A stretch of DNA of 52,057 bases from Moniliella sp. 'wahieum' (taxonomy: Eukaryota), in contig RSEE01000051.1 in assembly GCA_003971905.1 (NCBI GenBank), positions 434,001 to 486,057 of the forward strand. Reading direction: 5' to 3'. A program made the position numbers and the translations under genes. This document shows, piece after piece, positions 36,404 to 48,420 of this stretch. How positions within the stretch are numbered: the stretch's first letter is position 1; each line of letters starts with the position of its first letter. The notes below the pieces were generated by a model. That model was not told where the DNA came from. It did not search any database and worked only from the letters and a program-made list of their open reading frames with translations.

Positions 36404-36846
36404 ATGCTATGGGCTAGAAGGCGGTTCGGCGGCGTGTGGGGTGGCCCTCGCTTGCGTTTGCGTCGCATAGGAGTGGAGCGGTGGACGGGCAGACCCCGGC
36501 CAGCAAACGACTGGGCCGAAAGTGCAATTTGAAAGTGGAAATGGCGACGCGTGCTCCCAGGTGGGGCTGTTGCATGTGGCGTGTGGCATGCGACATGTGG
36601 CATGCGACACGTGGCCTGCGACTAGGGACCGCCACGCGGGGGAGTGTATTAGCTAAGCACGGGGCCCGTGCACCCGGAGTACTAGCACGCGCAGCACATA
36701 ATGGCGCCCTGTCAACGTTTGGCTCGCCCTAGAGCCTCGACGAGACGATAAGCTGGCAAGCGTCGCCAGTGCAGAATACACGAGCGAGTATGGTGCGATC
36801 GGTGTGCCTCAAATACTTCCGATAGTAAAAAGAGCGGTAAAAAGAT

Positions 36847-36932
36847 CTCTCCGACCGGGAATCGAACCCGGGTCTCGTCCGAACGCCCTAGTAAATGACA
36901 GGGACGTGTCATAGCCACTAAACTATCGGAGA
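36847..36932 (-). tRNA. tRNA-Asp(GTC) with 14-nt intron (36882-36895)
   Basis: TCTCCGA acceptor pairs with TCGGAGA, anticodon stem CGTCC/GGACG around CT-GTC-A, T-arm CCGGG-TTCGATT-CCCGG. Confidence 0.94.
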
Positions 36933-37476
36933 TCTCTGCTACCGTTAAAGTGCAAATGCTGTCGTCTTAACTCCACGTCGTAGTTGTCACACCTGCACCC
37001 AACTGTGTGATGAGAAACGTCGTAGTTCTGTCACCCCATGGATGATGCCTTTGGCGTATAAAAGGGGCCAATCAGCTCTCTCCAACAGAGACGATGGGAT
37101 GGTTGCACGTCTCCACTTTCGCCTTCGCCGCGGGTTATGTGGTAGGCCAGCAAGGACGATGAGCAGAGACTAACATCTGGTTAAAGGCTACTTCCTTGTG
37201 CTTCCGTGGTATATGCTGCAGAAGATATATGAAAGAGAGATACTATGAAGATGTACGCTGCGATTCTGGGTTCGTATGTAGAGTGCATCACATGCTCCGG
37301 TGTGCATTCTCATGGTAATCAAAGATCCGTAGGCCAACGCGCCAGAGAGCGTCGGGCTTTAGTGTCGTGCAATCAATCACACAGCAGAGATGGGCAAAAA
37401 ATATGGATGAGACTTGAGTTCAAGCTTGAGTATTACTGAGAGGACTGAGACTTTGCAGGCGGTACACACTTTCCAA

Positions 37477-39106
37477 TTACATTTTGTGTGTCTTGGGCAT
37501 AAACCGCAGTGCTTGACGTACACCCAAGTCGCGAAGAATTTCCTCTGTGCCACCAAGAATAGCGTCAAACTTGGTCCCCATCTGCGCTGCCGAGACAAGC
37601 GCGCCCAGCCCTGTCTTGGTCAAGCCACGGCCTCCAAAGAGGTTAATGGCCTCGTTCGCGCGTTTTAGTGAGATCTCGGTTGCCCATGACTTGAGCAGGG
37701 CCATGTGGCCGGCAAGGTACTTGGACTGTTCCTTGTAGCATTTGGTTCATCTGGAACGTGACCGCCTCCAGCCAGGCTTGCGCAGCTTCGCACTCGGACA
37801 TCATCGCACCCAGTTTTTGCCGCACCACCGCCTGCGATGTCAGCGGTTTTCCGAAAGCCTTGCGCTGCGAGGCCCAAGTGATGCTCTCTTCAAGCATCAG
37901 TCGGGCTCCACGAATCGTACCGCAGCACATGACCAGCGCTCATGGTTAAAGTTTGAGAGAATGACCATGATGCCCATTCCCTCCTCGCCAACCAAGTACT
38001 TGGGGAACATGCACATCGTCAAACGTGACAAATGCTGTGCCCGCGGTTGTGGAGTACTGAGTCTTGATTTGCTTGGTTTCAACCCCCTCAATGCGAGGAA
38101 TGCAGATAACGCCAAAGCCGCCCTCCTCTCCCTCCTCGTCAATAAGCTTGACGAGGGTGGTAAAGTAATCAGCAAAGTGGCCATTGGTAATCCACTAACT
38201 CGTCCAAAAAAACACACGGTCAGTTTGCATCCCCTTTTTTCGGCACACAGAGCGGACACGTACCTTTTTGGTACCGTTGACAATGTACGACCCGTCTTTT
38301 GCTTCCTGGCGGTGGTACGGATTCCCATCACGTCCGACCCGGCAAACGCTTCGGTCACAGCAAGGGCGATGAACTTGTCGCCGGCCAAAACAGATTCAAT
38401 AATCTCCTTCTGCAGATCCGGCGAGCCAAAGTTGACAATGGGGGGCAGACCAATCACCATCCCGCCCTGCAGACCGTCCATCCAACCACGGACACCTGAG
38501 CGTGCCAGCTCTTGGGTGATGATCAACTCGTGGAAATAATCAAACTCCTCCGGCTTGATATCAGCAACGAGTTTGCGGCCCTTAAGCACCTTGCCCGGTC
38601 CCATGCGCATCGCATTGATGCCACGGGCACCCATGTCCTTGACGAGGTCAATGGGCGGCCGCTTGCCGTTAGCTTCACATTCCGAGCGACTTCAATCACA
38701 TTGGCTTCGATGTAAGCGCGATCTCGCGTTGAAGGCGGTAGTGAGACTCTTTGAAGTAAGGCGTCTTGAATACGGGGGCAGCCATGTAGGTTCGGCAAAG
38801 GGGACGGGCGAAACGGCGCCAAGGGCTTTCGCCTTCACATCGGCTCCTCGTCGACAATCTTTCCAACAATCAATCGCTTGGCCATGGGCTTGTCGAGAAT
38901 GTCGCGGCGATGCAGACCAAAGAAGGTCTCCGTCGCATCGTCACCCGCAATGTCCTGGGAGTAGAAGACACTCTCACCACCGGGTGAAGCTCGGCGAACT
39001 TGCTGACATTGTAGATGGTCGAATCAATAATGATCCAGGTGTCGCCGGCTTGTTGTGGGCAGCGACCTGCTCGCGGTGTGTACTCTTTTGAATTCGGCGG
39101 GGGCAT
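37477..39106 (-). CDS. acyl-CoA dehydrogenase with N-terminal cytochrome b5-like domain
   Basis: DTWIIIDSTIYNVSKFAELHP (b5), MRMGPG, FDYFHELIITQE, GMVIGLPP, ALAVTEAFAGSDV, NGTKK|WITNG (intron 38195-38263), ILSNFNHERW, FGGRGLTKTG, FDAILGGTEEIL. Confidence 0.93.
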
Positions 39107-39846
39107 GGCAGAGTGGATGGGAAGGGAAGGTGGTGGGGGCGGGAGAGGAGAAGCGCGGAGGAGCTTTGTAATGATTAGCCGGAGGCGGAGGCGGCCGATA
39201 GGCCAGAGACAGACCTGATGCCTGTCGGGGCTGACGCTGACGCCTCCCATTCAGAGCCTGCTTCCGGTAGCAGAAAAAGCCGGCGGAGCCGGGCGGCAGC
39301 GAAACAAGCGACAGCCGGTGGTTCCTGTGAGCCGCAAGCTGCTGAGACACGATGCCCGCTCCCTTCACGCGTCCCGGAGGGATCTTTGCAAGTTGTAATG
39401 ACGTACACAGCCAATGCGGACACCAATCGGCATTTCAAATTTCATGCATGACCGTTGACGACGTTGACGCGGGACGGGACGCAGGACGCTTGACACTTTG
39501 AAAGTCAATCGAAACAGGGTTGTTTAAACGACACCAGGTAGCTACACTGGCTCTGTGCTTGCCTGCTGCGGCTTCGCCTTCCTAGGGTTGGGCACATCGC
39601 CAGTCTCACCTCCAGCTCGGCACTGCCCGCGACTGGCGGCTGCGCTAGGGTTGGTGCCCCCCTCTGCCTCGGCATACCGATGCTGGCCGTGCGGCTGGCG
39701 TGCCGTTGCGGACCACCACACACAAAGGTCAGTACCGCTCACCCCGAGACGCCGGTACCACCACCATGGCCAGGAAGCACATGAACTTGCTCCCTTGCTG
39801 GTGCTCCGCTTCGAGCATACAGCTGACCCCGTGCAGGTCTTGTGAC

Positions 39847-40285
39847 ATGCAGATCTTGTCAACTCTGTCCAGGGAAACACCCTGACCCTGGCGGTGGCGC
39901 CTGAGGCTACCGTCCAGTCGGTCAAGGCGCTCAACTTTGCGCGCGCCGGCATTCCCGCTGAGGAGCACGTCTTCTCTACGCTGGAAAGCAACTGCTTGAC
40001 GACCGTACCCTGGCTGACTACGGATCCAGAGGACTCTACGTTGCACATGTCGCTGAGGTATGCTTGCCCCCATCTTCCCGTGCTGTCCGAGCTTGTGTGT
40101 CTGAACTGTTCCGGTAGCCTCCTTGGTGGTATCATTGAGCCTTCGCTCAAGGTTCTTGCATCTAAGACCAATGTTGAAAAGCAGATCTGCCGCAAATGCT
40201 ACGCCGCCTCCCTCCCCGGGCCACGAACTGCCGGAAGCGTAAGTGGGCCATCGTCGCAGCTGCGCAAGAAGAGGTTCTTAAGTAA
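39847..40285 (+). CDS. RPL40: ubiquitin-like domain/60S ribosomal protein eL40 fusion (UBL strongly diverged)
   Basis: eL40 [34 protein letters not shown] after a GG junction. Introns 39728-39836 (5' UTR) and 40058-40117. UBL rebuilt across 3-4 single-base gaps. Confidence 0.92.
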
Positions 40286-41225
40286 ACGTCTCACTACTCG
40301 CCTTACTCGATTCTGGTATCCTTTCCTGCCGTACCGTTCTTGGTTGCAGCCCCAACAAAAAATGGATTTTGGAGGATGATCTCCTTTCCTTCCTCGCGCC
40401 ATGTCGTGTCGGATTCCTTGTCCTGTGCGAACCACCTGTCCGGGGGTGAGAGTACTGCGCTTACAACCATGGCCTCCTGTCTCTACATTCATGTCCTCCA
40501 TTCCCTTATGGTCAACACATTCTATCCGTCCCCCCAAGTGCAATGTAGGAGACAGTCGTGATGACCAGTTAGCCGCGAAGACTGTAATCAATTGGGTCTA
40601 CCCTGTCGGGCTTTGTGCGGCTAATCATACCACTGATGAATGAATTTGACCCTACTAGGGCAAGGTTCTAAACAACAATTAAGCAAACCAACTGATAGGG
40701 ATGGGCGTGCCACAGATTTCACCATTCCCGAAGGCTTGAACACGACTGCTATAGTCCTCGGCTTTTGGACATGGGGTACAAGGGACGGCAATATGGGTCA
40801 AGCTCACCTTGGTGCAGATACTGCGCGGCCCCTTTTCCGCTTGGAAGGCCTCCTTGAGTGGGGGGCAATGAACGAAGAGAAACGGAAGGAGATGCTGAGT
40901 GGCCACGAATAAAGCTACTACTTGCAGTTCGCATTCCCTAAATACTCACAGAACGGCTGCAATACCAAAATGCACCGTCGACACCGAGTCCATCGGGCCA
41001 AACATGACGGATGTCGCTCGCCAACAAGCGCAATGGGCGTACATGACAAGGCTCACACTATCTGCTAAGCATCCAGGTTCACGCTTGACGACTGGGCCAT
41101 GAACTTGAGAACACCATCTTTTTGTGGTTCGCGCGCTTCACAATCAATACAACGGCAGGATGGTGGTGTATGGGCATATCTTCCCCATCTTACCATCCAA
41201 CGGTCCTCTTTTGGCTTTTTGAACT

Positions 41226-41274
41226 TCAGAGTGGTCGACGGAGACAAGTCGGAAAGCTTGGCCCAATCAGGCTC

Positions 41275-41307
<33 letters not shown>

Positions 41308-42692
41308 TTGCTTGATCTCCCTCCCCCTGATGGCTGGGGCCCAGCTAGCAGGTTTCCAACAAATTGATCCACCTCCAACTCAATTTCAGTGGTAGGCCCC
41401 AGAACTGATTTTCCACTCTCCCCCTCCTCGGATCTTCGACTAAGCATATCAGAGTGGGACCGCCAAGGGAGGGGAACGCGGTGTTGGCTCTGAGCTTGGG
41501 CGACAGTCAGCATGGCGGGACAGAGTGGTCCTCCTCGTTTATGTCCCAGCTTGCGCTGATGGTCCGCCACCGCACACATATCGCACCGCGGCGACTGAGG
41601 CGTGCATATCGTTTGTCCCAGTCCCACGAGAAGAGGGTTGATATGAGACCAAAGGATGCGGGGTAGGAATGCTTCCAGTTGGGCTCGGGTTGTCTCGGGG
41701 TGCTCTTGGGTTTGGTCAAAGGTTGGGTCCACCCCAATCGGCTGGCAATCCGATGAACATGGGTGTCAACCCCAATTCCTTGTCCTTCTCCTACGGATTG
41801 GAGAAAGAAAGGCCATTTTAGGCCCGATTCCTTGAAATGCAGTCAACTCCTCCAATGTGTGAGGCGGGCGACCACGAAACTCGCCAGGTCGCTCCAACAA
41901 CTGCATCGCTACACCTCGAAGGTATCCAGTCTTGCGGCGCCAAAATCCAACTTGACCAATCGCTTGTTGAATAGTTTCGTCCGAGGCAGCGGCCACCGAC
42001 TCGGCTGTCAGCCCACCAGGTAGCGTTTCCTGTAGCGTTTTGACCGCAGCCGCCGTGACGGCATCTTTAGTCTGCGACGAGAGGACCAGGGCCACCAACG
42101 TGGCAAACTCTCGCCGAACCAAGAGCTCTTGGGCAGAGTACGTCTCGCCTGGTTCCAACTCCAACCCATTGCTTGCCGCAGGGTCCGTTCCCGTTCTAGG
42201 CCGTGCAGAAGCACGAGACGCAGCAAATTCCCGCACCGAGGTGGCACCTGTGGCTTCGCACCCAACCGTGTCCACTGGCGCTGCCATCCAGTCCCTTTCC
42301 GCACTCAGAAGGGCGTACGTGGTCTGCCATCCCGTAGGTGCAGGCCAGCTTGGCGCATTGGATGCACCCGACTCAGATTTGATCTTCAGCTTACTAGGGG
42401 AACGGTTGGTTCGAGACTTCTTACCACCACGGGGCGGTGGAGGCTTGGAATCCTGGTCGACGCTAGGCTGAGTTGGTTGAGATGGGACAAAACCAGGGGA
42501 GCGCTTGCGCTTGGTTGGTGATGGATTGGATGGGGTGCTAGGGCCATCAATCTCTGCCTTCACATCCGATACGGCCGTGCGACGCACCACCCTCGGTACC
42601 ACTGTTGGTGTCGGTGCCGAGGCGGGAGGGATGCTGGTGGATGCTGGTGCGGGCTCAAACAACGTACGAAAGGCCCGGCGTGTGGTAACCAT
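41226..42692 (-). CDS. NTH1: endonuclease III-like DNA glycosylase/AP lyase (HhH-GPD, FeS); 3' end uncertain
   Basis: [71 protein letters not shown]...PRCDMC...LCP. The (CCTGAG)n run suggests an EPEP tail in another frame ending near 41065. Confidence 0.93.
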
Positions 42693-43858
42693 GGTGTAGC
42701 GCGGCACCACAAAGACGCGGGCGAGGGCAAGGGCAAACAGTGGGATCAAGTGAGCTGCGGCGGCGGCGGCGGCAGGCAGGAAGAGCCGGAGCGGGTTGGA
42801 CGTCGGTGGTGGTCGCTGGAAATAACCCTTGGGAGATTGTTTGAAAGTTGAAGGGCACACATATTGAGGCTCATCTTCAGCTTCAACTTGCAACTGATTG
42901 TTTACGATGCACACACACAGCGTGCTAATATCGCTTTTTGCACCGTCGTCCCACAATCCCCTCGTGGCTGATACTCGCTCACGCGCTCACGTCTCATGGG
43001 AGAATACGACCAATTTCGTAAAGACAAAGGCCGGCTTGTCCTCCCCTCGTCGGCTGCCAGCGGACAAGGAACTCGAATTCCGCATTTGACCAGTACCATC
43101 AACTCTCTCTGTTGTGTGGAAGCATCCAGATGGCGATTGCACTGCAGGAGTCCAGTGGTAGGGACAGAGGGGACCAGAACCGTTGTCGCACAATCGTCCA
43201 GTGAGTGGCATTTTAGAGCAGGGAAAACCTCATGCTAGTACTCATACCCGCGCCTTACTGGCATTTTCTCTCATCTGCATCTCGTCCGTTGGCCTCATTT
43301 TTGCATGTCGAAAGCCCACTCGGGCCATACATACTACCATGCCTCGTCGGCTATATCGAGCCATGAATGGGGATTCAAAATGCCTCATTCCGGCTTGGCC
43401 CCAATAAAAGGTATCTATACAACTCTGTGGGTAACGGGTAATGAGACTCATGTCTCGTCCAGAATCGAGGCTGATGACTAGTAGGAAACAGAACAGCTGA
43501 ATTGGTAACCCAAAAAGTTGAAGACGAGGGGAGAGAGAATTTTGACAGTGCCATCAAGTACACGTCTTTGGACCATTACTAGTCAAGAGAGGAATCGAGT
43601 ATGCGGGGTACCACATTCGTGGGACCCTCGTCCAGTCGCCTCCGCTTCATGTTGGGCCCATCAAGTGGATATGCAGGCAACTCATGAGGGTGTTGGCTGG
43701 GAGGGGGGTTCAAGGTAATATCGTCAACCTATTACCATACTACCTCCTCACCCCAACCGACTGATTCGTCGGCCGTCGAGTCGCTCCAAACGGAAGCAGC
43801 CAAAACTGGTTTCGGCTGGGGGTGAATGTAAGTCAAGAGATAAAAATAGGGTAAGGGC

Positions 43859-44474
43859 TTAGGCTCCGGTCGGCGACCCGGCCTGGATACGAGGAAGTGG
43901 AGTGGCTCCCCAGTAGTGAACTAGACCACAGTGACTTGGAACGGAGAGACTGGTGGGGACGAGATATGGCCAAGCCGATACGGGTACGTAACTGGGATCG
44001 TTCTCCCATTCTTCTGGGGAGACCAATGTATGCACGCTTACGGTCGCTGACCCTACCGAAGTGGAGGTTTTGATCGGGTTGGTGGACATGCTCGAATGGG
44101 GCAAGGGAGGGCTGAAACCGGGTTGAACGGGACGTGAACAAAATTGGAGGACGAGACCGAGGAAGTGGCGCTCACAGCTTCTTGGGTTGTGCCAGGTCCT
44201 GCCCATGGATCAGTGAAAGTAAGGTGCGTTGCCTTATTGACACTGTTATTGGTGTGCACATCGCAGTCGCCAGCACGACTGGCAGAGGCGGTGGGAGCCA
44301 TGACAGAGGGGTCAAGGGCAAAATGATGCGTGGACCTAGGCGGCCATGAAGGTGGTGTCGGAAATGGACGCGACCACGCCAGCTGTCAGTGGCAGTGGAA
44401 TCGGTGGAGACGGAGGCCGCCGCGCGGGAGACAGTTTTTTGACCGGTGGTGAATAAGCCGACAGAGAGGGGCAT
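43859..44474 (-). CDS. hypothetical Ser/Thr-rich protein (frameshifted)
   Basis: ATG after a CT-rich leader with overlapping open frames (44172-44537, 44053-44301, 43859-44206); no domain recognised. Confidence 0.3.
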
Positions 44475-45403
44475 TGTGAATGCGGTGGTGTTTTGGAGAG
44501 TCGACGGGACTGGAACTAGGCGAGTAGAGTCTCGCAACCGGTTGGAGAGAGACGGAGTGAAGAAATGTCAGGGAAGACCACAGGGGAGACCGTGATGATG
44601 TCTTCTTGCAAACGCCACACCCAATAGGAAAAGGCGAATAGCCCACAGGAATGAGAAGGTCAATGCGAAGCGCAAGCGCAATGACAAGGGCAGGGGCAAG
44701 AGCAAGAGAAGAAGCAAGGAGCGCGAGTGTGGAGAGGTAATAGAGGCCGAGAGGAGCACTGTGTTGGGGTGTTGGTATATGCGTTGGGGTAGCATGTGAG
44801 AGGGGTGAGTACCGAGTACTGAGCATGGAGTGTGTGACATGACATTGCAACACGGCAGCAGTGCGAGTAAGGCGGGGTACAGCCTGGCACAACCGGGTAC
44901 AGCAGGTTGAGGCGAATGGGCTTAGCAGAAAAGTGGCCTTGTGCCCGGCCCGCCTGTAGTATGCCCACGCGTATGGCTCAGGCGCTGAGGACCCGCGCAT
45001 TATACGCGACGCACGTCAGCGCACGCCACCGCCCGGCTGGGCTGGGCGCCGAATGTGCCTGGAGCCAACGCTTATTAACGCGATTAACGCCCCACTCACA
45101 TCAAGTGCATGACGCTTCGCTAGAAACTTGGCATGCACGACAGGAGTCTCCGTGCGCGTGACTAGTCATCTACTAGTGACCGGCCAGCCTATTCCCTACA
45201 CGTGTCCTCGGCGCTTTCGTTTGCCACGGCCTTACATGTGCTTCTTTGCCCCGCGCGGGGCAACACCCCCCCGCATGGGGTCTGCCAGGCACATCTGTCG
45301 ACCGTCGGTGATCTGTCTCATTTTCTGCTTGCGTACCTCGACAGGTGGGGTTAACGTTTAACTCTGTAGACGCGATGCCACCCGTCGTGGCTGCCCAAAA
45401 AAG

Positions 45404-45486
45404 CGCCCCACGTGGGACTCGAACCCACCCGTGAGATGGACCTCTGTAGTAAGAGTCTCAAATTCTACCGATTGAAATAGCGAGGC
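45404..45486 (-). tRNA. tRNA-Lys(CTT) with 12-nt intron (45438-45449)
   Basis: Acceptor GCCTCGC/GTGGGGC, anticodon stem TGAGA/TCTCA around CT-CTT-A, T-arm GTGGG-TTCGAGT-CCCAC, T-run terminator. The variable loop looks about 2 nt short (possible read error). Confidence 0.85.
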
Positions 45487-45637
45487 ATCTGTTGGCAGCC
45501 GAGGCCTGCATCATTTCTCGCAGCAAGGTGGGAAACGAGCACAGCTCTATCTGGGGCCGCACTGGGGCTGTGAGGCAGCCACTCAGCGTCAGCCTCCCTC
45601 ACTAGTTCAGTGTAGAAACATATGCACCACACGCCAC

Positions 45638-47936
45638 ATGCCACGTGTCACCGCTCACCCCCCTCCCTACATACACCTGCCCCCTCCTTCCGCCGCCTCC
45701 CCACATCCCGCCCCGTCGTCACTACACCCCCCACCCTCCCTCATGGGCACCCTCGGGGACAGCATCCCACGGGCACGGGGCCAACCCGCCCACATCTCCC
45801 CCTCCTCACCCGCCGCTCCACCGGCAACCTCCGGCGCTGGGCCCGCCGCTTTGCCACCCCCGCCGCCTCCTTCCTCGCGCCCCCCACCACACACGCCGCC
45901 CAGCCCAGCCGCCCCAAACGGTTGGGCCCTTTGTCGAAGCCCACCGGTACGCAGCCCTGCCCACCCTCTTCTTGGCCCACACGCACCCAGCCCGACGGTG
46001 GTCTCAGCCATGCCCGATCTCTTAGCTCGTTCCAAGTCCTGCAAGCGGTATTTTCCCATCCAATCATTTCCTCCGCAGACACCGCCTCCCGCAGCTGCAG
46101 CCATAACCCCAGTGTTCCTCCCGAGCCTACCCTCCCCTCCCCAAATCCAAGTGTCGCCTTCCAGAAGTATGGCCCTCCATCTCCCCCAACACAGTCAAAC
46201 CTAGCGGCCCCTAACCATGCGTCATCGACGGCCAACCTAGAATACGCCGCTTGCACTGGCCGCATCGATGCAAACCATTGCGGCGAGAGCGTGGTGGATC
46301 CAGAAAGTACTTCCACACCTCAACTAGTGTTGTGTACCTTGAGTCGGAGCAGCAGCAGCGACAGCCTGACTGACACATCGTGCGATGAGGAGACTTGTAC
46401 TTTTGGAGGGGATCTCTCACTTCTGCCTGATGTGCCAGAGTCACTGGACTCGCTGGTGGGACATGTAAGCGGCAGCGTTCAATCCGGATCATGGAGCAAG
46501 TCGAGCCCTCATTCGGACGATTGGGCTACACCATACGAATTCTCCCCGGTCGGTCCTCTCGGTCTTGGGATTAACCCTCCAGGTCGGTCCCGATCCAGTA
46601 CTGCCCCTCAACTCCCGCTGGACCCGACAAAGAAGGAGATGGTGTGCCCAAGTGAATCCATCCCGAAATCGAGGCTTCCTCCGCAGCCTTCGGTTGGTAC
46701 GATACGTCGTGCAACTTCTGCTCATTTGAGCCGGTCTCGCGGGCGCACTTCTCCCCCGCCATCATCCTGGTTTCTATCTCGCAGAAGGGGGGCACATCAC
46801 CTCAGGACTGGTGCATCGATCAACAATGGCATTCCGGATCAATTGAAAGGGGGAACAAATACTGACTACTACTGTCCCTCCATCCCACTTCGCTCCACGG
46901 ACCACATTCCGCAAGGCCAGTCGAGCGCCACGGCTGACCTATCTAGGTGGAACCAAGGGGAACCCGCTTGACATCCCTTTGTTCTGTCACTGCTGGAGCT
47001 GATCAATCCGAATTGCCTCGACGTCTGCAGCGACCACATACCAGTGGCCAGGTGGAATTTCCCTTGTCGTCTTCCAACCCTCGGGAAAGTGATGTCAATG
47101 GGGCGCCATGCTCGTATCCGATCTTGGACCGCAGGGTCGTATGCTCCTCTCTTTTCGTTTTCTTCACGAGCCTCAGTCTCCTTCTCATCTCCCCTGGTGT
47201 TCACCGGAGCTCGTCATTCGACAGAGCCCAGTCGCCCTCTTCAATCAGTTATTTACCGCCTTCCAAGTTGACTATTACCGAACGCAGGTCGTCGGTTCCA
47301 GCAAGGGTGGGAAGATTGTCTGACCCTCCGTCCGTCAGCCCATTACCAAACCCGCGACCAGTTTGCCTCGCTCTTCGGTCCTAACACCAAGGAGGAATTC
47401 GAGTTTGGGCATGGGACTAAGTACATTGGCCATGTCAATCAAGACTGGGGTTCGGTCTTCCACTTGGTCTTTGCCCTTGGCTCGCAATGGTTCAATACAC
47501 GCAGTGGGAGATGAGTGTGTTACTACTCGTTTCAGCAGGGCTCCCATTCCACGGATGCGATTGGCATGGTACCTTCCGATCGCCGTTTCTCTTCCCCCAG
47601 TCTTTTCTGCAACGAAGAGCCACCTTCTCCCGCAAACGGAAGCAAGCGATGAGCCCCCTTTCTCCCCCCCTTCAACCTCTTCCCCCGTTGGATAGCCGTC
47701 CCGCCATCCCACGTCGCACCCAATCGGCAGCTACCTTGCTGTTGTTCCAGAGGGACAGCGAGTACTTTCCCCTGGTTCACCCAGTTTGGTCGACTCCGCC
47801 CCTGCTCCCTTACCTGTCCACAAACGGTTCAGGGCCTCTTTGTTCGCTCAGGGCTTGCTTCACCTTCTTGATCTTTCTAAATACTTGTCTCACACTGGTT
47901 GTGTGTGCATCTAGTGCGTCTTCATTCTTTCTCTGA
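45638..47936 (+). CDS. large Pro/Ser-rich hypothetical protein with hydrophobic C-terminal segments (frameshifted)
   Basis: Chain of long overlapping ORFs (45638-46204, 45622-46971, 46947-47384, 47487-47936) ending ACFTFLIFLNTCLTLVVC; no domain recognised. Confidence 0.45.
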
Positions 47937-48420
47937 CCCCCGCACTCGGTGGTGCCCCTCTCTTTTTTTGCCCGACAGCGTCTTGTCATTTGTGCTGTCG
48001 GATGTGAGATCTGACTCTTCAATTTTGGGCGTTGCCCACTTCCGTATTGGAAGTTGTATTCTCCACCCTAGACCGGGCTGCTGGTTGGCCTTGTTTCCTG
48101 TGTCCTTTTATGTTACTGTGCCTGAATAATTAGCAGGCGAAGAAACACTATATGATCTACAGGCCGCATACATGTACCACACCCGAAGGATAAACCAAAG
48201 ACAGATTGCACGTTGATACGTTGAGAGAACACAAGGCCGGTAGCTCACCGCATTCGGACCACAAACCCGGCATCTGTCAAGTCGGCGGACATGCGCTCGG
48301 GACCTATACTACTACCTAGTTGGCAGGTGATGTGGCTGAGGCATATCCGATTGCGCTTGGGGCTGCCAACAATGCCAAGCAGACAACACCTCCATCCCCC
48401 AGCGCCCTCCCCCCCCCTTC

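Noticed and set aside
40401..41200. Short ORFs between RPL40 and NTH1 as a degraded endonuclease or TE fragment
   Set aside because: No convincing motif could be assembled in any frame.
41275..41306. (CTCAGG)n hexamer repeat as a member of the heptamer family
   Set aside because: Period 6, inside the NTH1 3' coding region, and simply explained as an EP dipeptide repeat.
42996..43840. Possible plus-strand gene divergent from NTH1
   Set aside because: Only short ORFs with no recognisable domain or clear splice pattern; cannot be supported.
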